A stretch of 32,000 nucleotides of DNA from Candidatus Micrarchaeum sp. (GTDB lineage: Archaea > Micrarchaeota > Micrarchaeia > Micrarchaeales > Micrarchaeaceae): the NCBI RefSeq assembly GCF_016806735.1, contig NZ_CP060530.1:210001-242000 (forward strand), written 5' to 3'. This document shows, one piece after another, positions 15,476 to 24,113 of the stretch. A program made the translations under genes and the position numbers. The notes under the pieces were generated by a model, which saw only the letters and a list, made by a program, of their open reading frames with translations, ran no database searches and had not been told where the DNA came from. The stretch's first letter is position 1. The number at the start of each line of letters is the position of its first letter.

Positions 15476-15863
15476 TTTGATGGTTGACAGACTCGCTGAT
15501 ACTATAAACAAGATAAAGACGAACGAAAACATAGGCAGGCGCGAGTGCGTAGTGTACTCGACGAAGCAGATAAAGGCATTTATAGACCTTCTGAAGGCTG
15601 AAGGCTACCTCGGCGATTACGAGGAATTCAGCGACAGGTACTCAAAGAAAATGAGGCTTAAGCTGCTGAACAAGGTGAACGGAATAGGCATAGTAAAGCC
15701 CCACTATTCGATGTCGAGCAGCGACATAAGCAAGTATGAAGAGCGATACATACCGAGCAAGGACTTCGGCATACTGGTGCTTTCCACGTCAAAGGGCTTG
15801 ATGACACACAGGAAGGCGAGGGAGCAGAACATAGGAGGAAGGCTGCTCGCATACATATACTGA
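15468..15863 (+). CDS. rps8: 30S ribosomal protein S8 (uS8)
   Basis: DRLADTINKIKTNENIGRRECVV...ILVLSTSKGLMTHRKAREQNIGGRLLAYIY is typical uS8. Confidence 0.95.
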   Translation: MADLMVDRLADTINKIKTNENIGRRECVVYSTKQIKAFIDLLKAEGYLGDYEEFSDRYSKKMRLKLLNKVNGIGIVKPHYSMSSSDISKYEERYIPSKDFGILVLSTSKGLMTHRKAREQNIGGRLLAYIY

Positions 15864-15893
15864 AAATTATGTTTAAAGATTCATGGTAATTGA

Positions 15894-16418
15894 ATGGCTG
15901 AAATAACATTGGCACAGGGCGTTAGCGCAACACTCTCGGCTGGCAAAGTGATTATAAAAGGCCCGCTTGGGAGCAACGAGAGGCAGTTCAACGACGCACT
16001 GCTTAAAGTGGAAATAAACGGCCCAAAGATAAAAGTGGAGCCGTCTCCAGCAAACAAGAAGCTCGCCAAGAAGGCGATGGTAGCAGAGCAGTCGCTGGCC
16101 AAGGAGCTGTCGAACGACTCCGAAGGCGTAGTAAAATACTTTGAGGTCAACATGGAAGCGGTATATGCACACTTCCCGCTTACTATCGAAGTAAAGCCTA
16201 AAGAGATAATAATAAAGAACATGCTGGGCGAGCGCGCAGCGCGTGCTGCCGACATAGTCGGCGCGACAAAGGCCGAAGCGAAGGAAAAGAAACTTCGCAT
16301 ATACGGCATAAAGCTTGAAGATGTGACGCAGACTGCCGCAAATGTAAGGAAGGCGTGCAGGGTAAGGCACAAGGACGAGAGGGTATTCCAGGATGGAGTA
16401 TACTATGCTATCGAGTGA
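15894..16418 (+). CDS. rpl6: 50S ribosomal protein L6 (uL6)
   Basis: 174 aa in the canonical position. It carries YAHFPLTIEV...IIIKNMLGERAAR and VRHKDERVFQDGVY. Confidence 0.93.
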   Translation: MAEITLAQGVSATLSAGKVIIKGPLGSNERQFNDALLKVEINGPKIKVEPSPANKKLAKKAMVAEQSLAKELSNDSEGVVKYFEVNMEAVYAHFPLTIEVKPKEIIIKNMLGERAARAADIVGATKAEAKEKKLRIYGIKLEDVTQTAANVRKACRVRHKDERVFQDGVYYAIE

Positions 16419-16423
16419 AGATC

Positions 16424-16819
16424 ATGGCGATAAAAAAAGAGAAGAAGGCAAGGGTCAAGAAGAAGGGCCATCCCAAGTTCAACGTGCCCAACGTAGGCGC
16501 AAAGAACAGGAAGAGGGTCCCTGACAGGTGGCACAAGCAGCGCGGCCAGGACAACAAGAAAAGGATAAAGAGGGACTTCATGGGTGCCACCCCAACAATC
16601 GGCTACAAGAACCCGGCCAGCGTTTCTGGCGTACGCTCTGACGGCAAAAGGCTGATGCTCGTGCACAATATGAACGAGCTCAACGCTGCGCTTAGGAATC
16701 CGGAAATAGCATCATACAACATAGTCATATCCCACGATGTCGGAAGGAGGAAGCGCCTTGAGATGGCGAAGATTGCTTCATCCAGCGGCGTCAGGATAGT
16801 AAACGGTGTTCACCAATGA
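16424..16819 (+). CDS. rpl32e: 50S ribosomal protein L32e (eL32)
   Basis: PKFNVPNVGAKNRKRVPDRWHKQRGQDNKKR...PTIGYKNPASVSGVRSDGKRLMLVHN matches eL32. I use ATG 16424; the longer track ORF overlaps L6. Confidence 0.93.
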   Translation: MAIKKEKKARVKKKGHPKFNVPNVGAKNRKRVPDRWHKQRGQDNKKRIKRDFMGATPTIGYKNPASVSGVRSDGKRLMLVHNMNELNAALRNPEIASYNIVISHDVGRRKRLEMAKIASSSGVRIVNGVHQ

Positions 16820-17289
16820 GCGTAAAACTTACAAGGAGGGTTGCCGCGGACATAATGAAGCGCGGAGAAACCAGCATAAGGATAAAGCCGTCTGCAATAG
16901 ACGATGCCAAGAAGGCCATAACAAGGGACGACGTAAAGGAGCTCATAAAGAGCGGAAGCATATACGCCATGGCCGAGAAGCGCAACGTCAGCAGGTACGG
17001 AAAATCGCTCAAGAAGAAGAGGTCCGAGGGAAGGAAGCGCGGCCCTGGAAAGAAGAAGGGAACGAAGAAAACGCGCTCGACAGCCAACCACATGAAAAGG
17101 ATGAGGTCCCAGAGGAGGATACTTGCAGCACTTAAATCCGACAAGACGATAAACAATGAGCAGTACAAGGAGTTCTACGCCTTGGTTAAAGGAGGCACAT
17201 TCCAGACCAAGCTCACGCTCCTGAACCACATAAAGAGCAGGGGCGTCGAGATAAGCGACGAAAGGCTTGAAAAGCTCAAGCATATATGA
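16816..17289 (+). CDS. rpl19e: 50S ribosomal protein L19e (eL19)
   Basis: LTRRVAADIMKRGETSIRIKPSAIDDAKKAITRDDVKELIKSG...GPGKKKGTKKTR matches eL19. There is an ATGA overlap with L32e. Confidence 0.94.
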   Translation: MSVKLTRRVAADIMKRGETSIRIKPSAIDDAKKAITRDDVKELIKSGSIYAMAEKRNVSRYGKSLKKKRSEGRKRGPGKKKGTKKTRSTANHMKRMRSQRRILAALKSDKTINNEQYKEFYALVKGGTFQTKLTLLNHIKSRGVEISDERLEKLKHI

Positions 17290-17298
17290 GGCATTTTT

Positions 17299-17856
17299 AT
17301 GGAAATCAAAAAGAGAAGGCGCGCGAAGTCGCTGACGAATTACAGGAAAAGGATCGCAATTCTTAAGGGCAGGATGCCCCGTGTAGTAATACGCAGGAGC
17401 AACAGGTCTATAACGGCGCAGATAATATCGTACGAGCCCAACGGCGACAAGGTAAAAGCAAGTGCAGTTTCTTCGGAGCTCAAGGCTTTGGGCTGGATGC
17501 CAAAGTCCAACATACCTACTGCGTATCTGACAGGAATGCTCCTGGCCAAGAAGGCCCACGAGAAGGGCATAAAGGGTGCCATGGTGCTGGACATAGGTCT
17601 GAACAAGCCGATAAAGGGGAACGTCATATTCTCTGCGGCTAAGGGATGCAAGGACAACGGTCTCGATCTCGTATCTGAGATAGAAGCCGACGAATCCAGG
17701 CTGTCTGGAAAGCACATAGCCGATTATGCGAAGACAGGCTCTGGAAAGGGCGTTTCAGAGTTTGCACAGTACGAAAAGGCCAAGCTCAACGTAAAGGAGC
17801 TCGACAAGGTTTTTGCCGACGTAAAAGGCAAGATCGCCATTGCAATAAACAAGTGA
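17299..17856 (+). CDS. rpl18: 50S ribosomal protein L18 (uL18)
   Basis: RRRAKSLTNYRKRIAILKGRMPRVVIRRSNRSITAQII...NIPTAYLTGMLLAKKA matches uL18. Confidence 0.94.
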   Translation: MEIKKRRRAKSLTNYRKRIAILKGRMPRVVIRRSNRSITAQIISYEPNGDKVKASAVSSELKALGWMPKSNIPTAYLTGMLLAKKAHEKGIKGAMVLDIGLNKPIKGNVIFSAAKGCKDNGLDLVSEIEADESRLSGKHIADYAKTGSGKGVSEFAQYEKAKLNVKELDKVFADVKGKIAIAINK

Positions 17857-17860
17857 TTTT

Positions 17861-18529
17861 TTGAGAGGAAGAGGACGTTTTAACAATCAGGAAAGGCGCA
17901 GGGAATTCGACGTAGCTGCGTGGGAACCTGTTACGGTTCTAGGAAAGATGGTGAAGGCCGGCTCGATAACAAGCTTGGAGCAGATATTCAGCATGGGCAA
18001 GAGCATCGAGGAGAACGGCATAGTGGACGCGCTTCTCCCAAACATAAACAGCGAGGTTGTGGAGATAAGAAGCGTGCAGAGGATGACGAGCAACAACAGG
18101 AAGCAGAAGTTCAGGGTCACCGCGATAGTCGGCGACGGCAATGGCCACGTAGGCGTTGGCGCTGCCAAGGATGTTGAAGTAAAGGCCGCAATAGACTCTG
18201 CGATAAACGCTGCCAAAAGGAACATAATGCCTGTCGTGATGGGCTGCGGCTCATGGCAGTGCACGTGCGGGCAGCCACACAGCCTTCCGTTCATAACAAG
18301 GGGCAAGTGCGGCAGCGTAGAAGTCCTGCTAAAGCCGGCACCCAAAGGCCTGGGCATAGTGGCGAGCAAGCACGTAAAGCGCATGCTCGAGCTTGCTGGC
18401 GTTAAGGATATTTGGAGCTTCTCAAAGGGAAGGACGAGGACAACCTACAACGTTCTCATGGCTGTGATGGACGCGTTCCAGCACACGATAAGCATGAAGA
18501 ATCTCGAGGACTTCAACAAGTCGAAGTAA
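17861..18529 (+). CDS. rps5: 30S ribosomal protein S5 (uS5)
   Basis: WEPVTVLGKMVKAGSITSLEQIF...VQRMTSNNRKQKFRVTAIVGDGNGHVGVGAAKD...APKGLGIVAS matches uS5. A TTG start is required because no ATG or GTG precedes the conserved W-x-P block. Confidence 0.94.
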   Translation: MRGRGRFNNQERRREFDVAAWEPVTVLGKMVKAGSITSLEQIFSMGKSIEENGIVDALLPNINSEVVEIRSVQRMTSNNRKQKFRVTAIVGDGNGHVGVGAAKDVEVKAAIDSAINAAKRNIMPVVMGCGSWQCTCGQPHSLPFITRGKCGSVEVLLKPAPKGLGIVASKHVKRMLELAGVKDIWSFSKGRTRTTYNVLMAVMDAFQHTISMKNLEDFNKSK

Positions 18530-18611
18530 AACTTTTACACAGGGTTAACAAATTGCCCCAGCCCGTTTTAAATGTTTTTGTCGAAATATGCATATTAACC
18601 AAGTGATACAA

Positions 18612-18971
18612 ATGAAAGTGTATGTAGACAAGCCATTGTGTACTGGATGCCAGCACTGCAAGGACGTATGCCCTGTTGCGGTATTCGAGCTTAGGGACAG
18701 GAAGAACATCGACGAAGTCAACAAGGACACAGCTCCTGAGAACGCGCAGTGGAAGGGCACTACGGATCAGGCGATTTTCGACAAGTGGTCCAAGGTCGAG
18801 GACGGCCATCATCATTTCGCCGATGCAAACGACGGAACTAGTGGAGGCATATCCGTGGCCGTGAACGGCGATGCGTGCATACTGTGCCAGGCGTGCCTGA
18901 TACAGTGCGAAGGAGAGTGCATACACATAATAGACGATTCCGGAACGGAATACAAGTCGATATATGCGTAA
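18612..18971 (+). CDS. 4Fe-4S dicluster ferredoxin-like protein with a long insertion between cluster motifs
   Basis: It has CTGCQHCKDVCP (CxxCxxCxxxCP) and CILCQACLIQCEGEC, separated by about 65 residues that include DGHHHF. I prefer the start at MKVYVD (18612); the track ORF starts at 18588. Confidence 0.75.
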   Translation: MKVYVDKPLCTGCQHCKDVCPVAVFELRDRKNIDEVNKDTAPENAQWKGTTDQAIFDKWSKVEDGHHHFADANDGTSGGISVAVNGDACILCQACLIQCEGECIHIIDDSGTEYKSIYA

Positions 18972-18996
18972 AGCGCAGTTCTTGATTTTTAGTCGT

Positions 18997-19011
18997 GCCG
19001 GGTTTTCCGGC
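18997..19011 (+). terminator. Short GC hairpin (GCCGG-GTTTT-CCGGC) flanked by T-runs, downstream of the ferredoxin gene
   Basis: A 5-bp perfect stem, read directly. T5 lies at 18986-18990 and T-rich sequence follows. Archaeal termination usually uses oligo-T tracts. Confidence 0.3.
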
Positions 19012-19064
19012 CGTTGTTTCTTCTTATTTATTCTTATGCTTGGGTGTTTCATCTGATAAGCTAT

Positions 19065-21695
19065 ATGAGCAAGGGTTTTAGCGACAAGGAATCACTCGGC
19101 GTGCTCAACAAGGACGTCAGGGAATGGTTTACAAGCAACTTTAAAGAGCTAACAATGCCGCAGAGCTTTACATTCAAGCTTGTCAGCGAGCACAAAAACA
19201 TACTCGTGGCTGCGCCAACAGGTTCTGGAAAAACAATGTCCGGATTTGTCGCAATACTAAGCGACCTGTTCAACAAGGCTTCGCGGGACGATCTCAAGGA
19301 GGGCGTATACTGCATCTACGTTTCTCCGCTAAGGGCCCTCAACAACGACATATACAAGAACCTCAGCAAGCCATTGGAGGAGATATACAAGCTGTCCGAG
19401 AAGAACGCAAAGTCGTCAAAGGTCACGATAGCTGTCAGGACCGGAGATACCCCTCAAAAGGATAGGCAAAAGCAGCTCAAGCACCCTCCGCACATACTGG
19501 TAACCACGCCGGAGAGCCTTGCAATACTAATAACTTCGGAGAAATTTGCCGAAAATCTCAAGCTGGTTGAGTATGTAGTCATAGACGAGATACATGAGCT
19601 GGCTAACAACAAGCGCGGCGTGCACCTTTCGCTTTCTCTGGAAAGATTGCGTAGCATGATAGGCCACGATTTCACGCGCATAGGGCTTGGCGCAACACTC
19701 TATCCACTCGACGAGGCAGCAAAATACCTTGTGGGATGCAACGAGGACGGCACATCGCGAGATTGCGTGATAATAGACGCTTCATGGGGAAAGAAGCTCC
19801 AGGTGCAGGCTATAAGCCCAGTAAAGGACATGATATACACTCCAGACGAAAAGATAGAGCAGAACACATATTCGATAATAAACGACATAATAAAGAAAAA
19901 CAAGTCGACCCTGATATTCACAAATACGAGGAGCGGAACCGAACGTGTCGTATTCAACCTCAAGAAGAAGTTCGGCTACAACGAGGACATAGCAGCGCAC
20001 CATGGATCACTATCAAGAGAATCCAGGCTAGAGGTAGAAGAGCTGCTTAAGGCCGGCTCGCTGAAATGCGCAGTATCCTCGACAAGCCTTGAGCTCGGCA
20101 TAGACATAGGCAGCATAGATGATGTAATACAGCTCGGCTCTCCTAAAAGCGTAACGCGCGCGGTTCAAAGGATAGGCAGGGCCGGCCACAAGTACAAATC
20201 CGTTGCCAAGGGCGAAATAATTGTGCTCAACAGGGACGACCTCGTCGAATGCAGCATAATGCTTGACGCTGCGCTCAAGCGCCACCTGGATTCATTCAGG
20301 GTGCCGATGAATGCGCTGGACATACTCTCGCAGCACATAGTCGGAATGTCCATAACCAAGAAATGGGACGTCAAAGAGGCATATTCAGTAATCAAATCGT
20401 CATATCCATATTCAAAGCTGCCCTATGAAGATTTCATTGCCACCATAAGGTACCTTTCCGGGGAATACGTAGGCCTTGAAAGCAGGAGGGTATACGGGAA
20501 AATATGGTACGACGAAAAGGAAAATACATTCGGCAAGCGGGGCAAGATGATACGCCCAATATACATGCTCAACCTCGGCGCAATACCCGACGAAGTATCT
20601 GTCAACGTATTCGACACAAAAACAAAAAAGTGGATAGGAAACATAGAGGAGGAATTCCTGACAAGGCTGAAGCAGGGTGACATATTCACCCTTGGCGGCA
20701 GGCTCTACAGGTTCGAGTATGCAAAGGGCATGAGGTGCTACGTGTCCACAGCAGTTTCGGCAGCTCCGACCATACCTCCGTGGTTCTCCGAGCAGCTTCC
20801 ACTGAGCTACGAGCTAGCGATTGAAATAGGTGCATTCAGGCGCAACTTTTCCGAGACAATAGCAAAACATTTCAAGAAGTCTGCTCTCAAGCTGGCTTCG
20901 AAGATGCCAAAGGAGGTTTCAGAAATGCTCGGCTCGCTCCCGATAGATTCAAACGCTTCCAAGGCCATATATGGCTATTTCGTAGAGCAGCTGCTCTTCG
21001 CCGGATCCGTTCCTAACGACAAGCTGATGCTCATAGAAATAACAAAGGATCCCAAGAGCGGTCAGAATCTTGCAATATTTCATTCACTTTACGGCCGGCG
21101 CATAAACGACACCCTCTCGCGAATAATAGCCATACACATAGGCAGGAGGCTTGGAACCGACGTAGGCATAATGATAAACGACAATGGCTTCCTTATAAAT
21201 ACCGAGGGAACGCTAAAGCCCTCTGATATAGAAGAAGCCATAAATTCCATGGTTGGCAGGGACCCAGAACCGCTGCTCAAGTCCAACATAAGGAAAACGG
21301 AGATAATGAAGCGCAGGTTCAGGCACGTCGCAGCAAGAAGCTTCATGATACTTCGCAACTACAAAGGCTACAAGCTGCCCGTGGGAAAGCAGCAGATAAA
21401 CGCTACGCTTTTAATCAAGGCAGTGGAGAGCATAGACAAGGATTTCCCTGTCTTGAAGGAAACCTACAGGGAGATATTTGAGGAGGTGATGGACCTTCCA
21501 AGGACAAAATCGCTGCTCAAAAGCATAAAATCCGGCGACACGAAATACAAAATCATAAAGACGCAGATCCCGAGCCCGTTCGCCCACTCTATGATAACCT
21601 TCGGCCATGCGGACGTAGTGCTTATGAAGGAAAGGCATGAATACTTAAAATACCTGCATAAGATGGTAATAAAGAGGATAAACGCATCAAAATGA
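19065..21695 (+). CDS. lhr: Lhr-type (Lhr-core) ATP-dependent DEAH-box helicase
   Basis: It carries VAAPTGSGKT (motif I), VVIDEIHE (motif II), GLGATL, HHGSLS and QRIGRAGH (motif VI), plus a long Lhr-type C-terminal winged-helix/domain-4 region. I prefer the start at MSKGF (19065); the first 17 codons of the track ORF look non-coding. Confidence 0.88.
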   Translation: MSKGFSDKESLGVLNKDVREWFTSNFKELTMPQSFTFKLVSEHKNILVAAPTGSGKTMSGFVAILSDLFNKASRDDLKEGVYCIYVSPLRALNNDIYKNLSKPLEEIYKLSEKNAKSSKVTIAVRTGDTPQKDRQKQLKHPPHILVTTPESLAILITSEKFAENLKLVEYVVIDEIHELANNKRGVHLSLSLERLRSMIGHDFTRIGLGATLYPLDEAAKYLVGCNEDGTSRDCVIIDASWGKKLQVQAISPVKDMIYTPDEKIEQNTYSIINDIIKKNKSTLIFTNTRSGTERVVFNLKKKFGYNEDIAAHHGSLSRESRLEVEELLKAGSLKCAVSSTSLELGIDIGSIDDVIQLGSPKSVTRAVQRIGRAGHKYKSVAKGEIIVLNRDDLVECSIMLDAALKRHLDSFRVPMNALDILSQHIVGMSITKKWDVKEAYSVIKSSYPYSKLPYEDFIATIRYLSGEYVGLESRRVYGKIWYDEKENTFGKRGKMIRPIYMLNLGAIPDEVSVNVFDTKTKKWIGNIEEEFLTRLKQGDIFTLGGRLYRFEYAKGMRCYVSTAVSAAPTIPPWFSEQLPLSYELAIEIGAFRRNFSETIAKHFKKSALKLASKMPKEVSEMLGSLPIDSNASKAIYGYFVEQLLFAGSVPNDKLMLIEITKDPKSGQNLAIFHSLYGRRINDTLSRIIAIHIGRRLGTDVGIMINDNGFLINTEGTLKPSDIEEAINSMVGRDPEPLLKSNIRKTEIMKRRFRHVAARSFMILRNYKGYKLPVGKQQINATLLIKAVESIDKDFPVLKETYREIFEEVMDLPRTKSLLKSIKSGDTKYKIIKTQIPSPFAHSMITFGHADVVLMKERHEYLKYLHKMVIKRINASK

Positions 21696-21699
21696 TAAA

Positions 21700-22449
21700 A
21701 TGATGCTTGGCGAAGACATAGAGCTCATCGACGGCATGCCATTGCTATTTATAAAAAGCCTGAACGCCATTGTTGTCGCCGACATGCACCTCGGATACGA
21801 GGGAGTTATGGCTAAGCGCGGGGTGCTGATACCGAAGGTAAATTTGCGGAAAATGCTGGAAACAATAGGCTCGGCAATCGAGAAGACTCACGCCAAAAAG
21901 CTTATAGTCGACGGAGATATAAAGAACGAATTCTCAAAGGTAGACGAAGAGGAATTCAATGAGTTATACGATTTCATAATGTTCTGCAGGAACGCAGGAA
22001 TAGAGCCCGTGCTCATAAAAGGAAACCATGACAATTTTGTCGAAAGGTACAGGGAGCCTTTCAAGCTTTCGGTATACAGGCAGCAGGCAGTTATGGGCAA
22101 ATACCTGTTTTTCCACGGGGAGGAGCTCCCGGAACTCGGCAAAGCGACAAAGGGGATAAAGGCGATGATAATGGGCCATGAGCATCCTGCGATAGGCATA
22201 ATCGACGCTATAGGAAAACACGAAAGGCTGAAGTGCTTCCTTTACGGCAAATACAAGAATATTCCCCTAATTGTAATACCTGCGCTTAACTTCTTCGCCG
22301 GCGGCACGGAAATAAACATGGTGCCAAAATCAGAGCTGCTCGCCCCTATATTTTCAAAGCTTAACCTGGATGGCATGCATGCCATAGCCGTGGGATACGG
22401 ATCGACGATAGACTTCGGCACAATAAAAGACTTGCGCAAGCTTGCATGA
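21700..22449 (+). CDS. Metallophosphoesterase, PdeM/MPE-like (helicase-associated)
   Basis: It has the calcineurin-like motifs VVADMHLGYE, VDGDIKNE, KGNHD and MGHEH. The start is 4 nt after the Lhr stop. Confidence 0.82.
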   Translation: MMLGEDIELIDGMPLLFIKSLNAIVVADMHLGYEGVMAKRGVLIPKVNLRKMLETIGSAIEKTHAKKLIVDGDIKNEFSKVDEEEFNELYDFIMFCRNAGIEPVLIKGNHDNFVERYREPFKLSVYRQQAVMGKYLFFHGEELPELGKATKGIKAMIMGHEHPAIGIIDAIGKHERLKCFLYGKYKNIPLIVIPALNFFAGGTEINMVPKSELLAPIFSKLNLDGMHAIAVGYGSTIDFGTIKDLRKLA

Positions 22450-23967
22450 CTATATCCAAGGCAGTATGTTAAGAAGCAGGGCTATTACCACTACCGCAGT
22501 TAGCACGTTTATGTACCTCTTTTTCAGGCTGTTGTCGTATATCCTCCATCCATCGAACCCCGGAACTGGGAGAAGGTTGACTACTGCTATGAGGAAGTTC
22601 AGCATGAACGATATCCCAAAAAGAGAGTAGAAGAAATAAGCTATCTCCTTCAGCGGTGTGTTCGTTATCGGAAAATACTTTTCGTAAAGGTTGACTCCAA
22701 TTACTCCGCGCGATGTGCCGTTATACGATTTGGCCACGAAAGTATAATTGCCGGTGCTTGTTGCTACGCTCACAAGCGATCCGGGCCTGTCCCGCAGTGC
22801 AGCGGTGCCTAGCTGGGTAAGGTTGCTTACTGCATTGCCGTCCCATGCCAGGATTTCAGTGCCAGGCTGTATTACGTTGTATGCAGGGTATCCTGGCGTT
22901 GTGGAATAAACGAACACCCCATGGCCGTATATGTTTGTCAGCACGAATGGTAGCATCAAAAGCATCGGTATTAGAAATATTATCATTGCGAGGAAATTTG
23001 AAGAAACTCCTGCAGAAAATATCTTGTTCTGCTTTTTCTTGTCGAGCTTCAGCACTTCAGTTTCGTCGGGCTCGACAAATGCTCCTACCGGGACAACTCC
23101 GAATAGTAGCACGCCTACGGATTTAAGCTTTACCTTGAATGATCTGGCAAGTATGCCGTGTGAAAATTCGTGTATTATCAATATTATCGCAAGAGACAAT
23201 ATGCCGCTGAACAGCGGCAGGTCTATTCCCGGTATTACCGGAGCCACTCCTGGGGTTGAGCTATGCAGCGGGGCTATTGAATTTATCGATATGGATTTTA
23301 TCAAAGCCTCAACTATGGTTCCCGCATTTGCCACGAGGAGCGCTATTATATAACCTGAGAAACCTGCGACAAGGACTATGCCCTTTAGTAGGTAATCAAG
23401 GTAATAGGCCCCCGGATACGTGAAGTTATATATCAGCGCCTGGAAAGTCGGCAATGTTGTCGAGAATTCCGCGCTAGATATGAGGTTGAAGCGCGATATG
23501 TTTATAAAAAGAAGCGCATACGAAGTAAACGGGAGCACGAACGCCATTATGAGCATGTTGCTTATGATTCCTATCGCGTACACTTTTTTCGATGCCCTGC
23601 CACGTATCAGCGGATACGAAAGCAGCCCAAACCCAAGCACCATGCCCCACATGGAAAGCAGTTCCCAGAAACGCGAATACCTTTTGGCAAGGTAATCTAT
23701 CTCCTTTATTCCATGCTCTCCGCTAAGCATGACCATTCCGTAGCCTCCCTTGAGCGAAAGCAGCTTCTTGATCGCAAGCCCTGAAACAACAAGGATTGCT
23801 ATTGGAAGTGCTACCTGCAAAGCCAGCCCAAGGTAATAAGCATGGTAATCGTAATATATGAACGCAAAGACGGCTATCGCTATTGCCACGGATGCGGCTT
23901 TCTTGTATGCCAGAAAACGCGATTTGTAGGCTCCCTTATCAGCAGCCTTGCTACCCTTAACCACCAA
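22450..23967 (-). CDS. Site-2 protease family (M50) membrane metalloprotease with PDZ-like domain
   Basis: 505 aa and polytopic. It has IIHEFSHGILARS (HExxH) and NLLPVPGFDGWRI (the NxxPxxxxDG motif), with a soluble PDZ-like insert between them (IQPGTEILAWDGNAVSNLTQL). Confidence 0.88.
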   Translation of the reverse strand: MVVKGSKAADKGAYKSRFLAYKKAASVAIAIAVFAFIYYDYHAYYLGLALQVALPIAILVVSGLAIKKLLSLKGGYGMVMLSGEHGIKEIDYLAKRYSRFWELLSMWGMVLGFGLLSYPLIRGRASKKVYAIGIISNMLIMAFVLPFTSYALLFINISRFNLISSAEFSTTLPTFQALIYNFTYPGAYYLDYLLKGIVLVAGFSGYIIALLVANAGTIVEALIKSISINSIAPLHSSTPGVAPVIPGIDLPLFSGILSLAIILIIHEFSHGILARSFKVKLKSVGVLLFGVVPVGAFVEPDETEVLKLDKKKQNKIFSAGVSSNFLAMIIFLIPMLLMLPFVLTNIYGHGVFVYSTTPGYPAYNVIQPGTEILAWDGNAVSNLTQLGTAALRDRPGSLVSVATSTGNYTFVAKSYNGTSRGVIGVNLYEKYFPITNTPLKEIAYFFYSLFGISFMLNFLIAVVNLLPVPGFDGWRIYDNSLKKRYINVLTAVVVIALLLNILPWI

Positions 23968-24113
23968 AACGCCTCAATGCAATAGGCTTTGCCGATAAAG
24001 CTATTTAGCATTAATCCCTGCTGCTGGCACGATTTTGCACCTCCTGTCCAAAAGCGTCGCAATTCAATGAATGCAAAACCTTTCTAGACTTTGCCATACA
24101 ACGTAAAAACATC

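Noticed and set aside
13884-17715. Very long ORFs antisense to the ribosomal protein cluster (13884-14750 at 288 aa, 15881-16372, 16810-17715 at 301 aa, and also 17887-18384).
   Set aside because: Their translations are Ser/Leu/Phe/Cys/Pro-rich low-complexity strings with no motifs. They mirror strongly conserved r-protein genes on the other strand. Purine-rich coding strands deplete stop codons on the antisense strand, so such shadow ORFs are expected.
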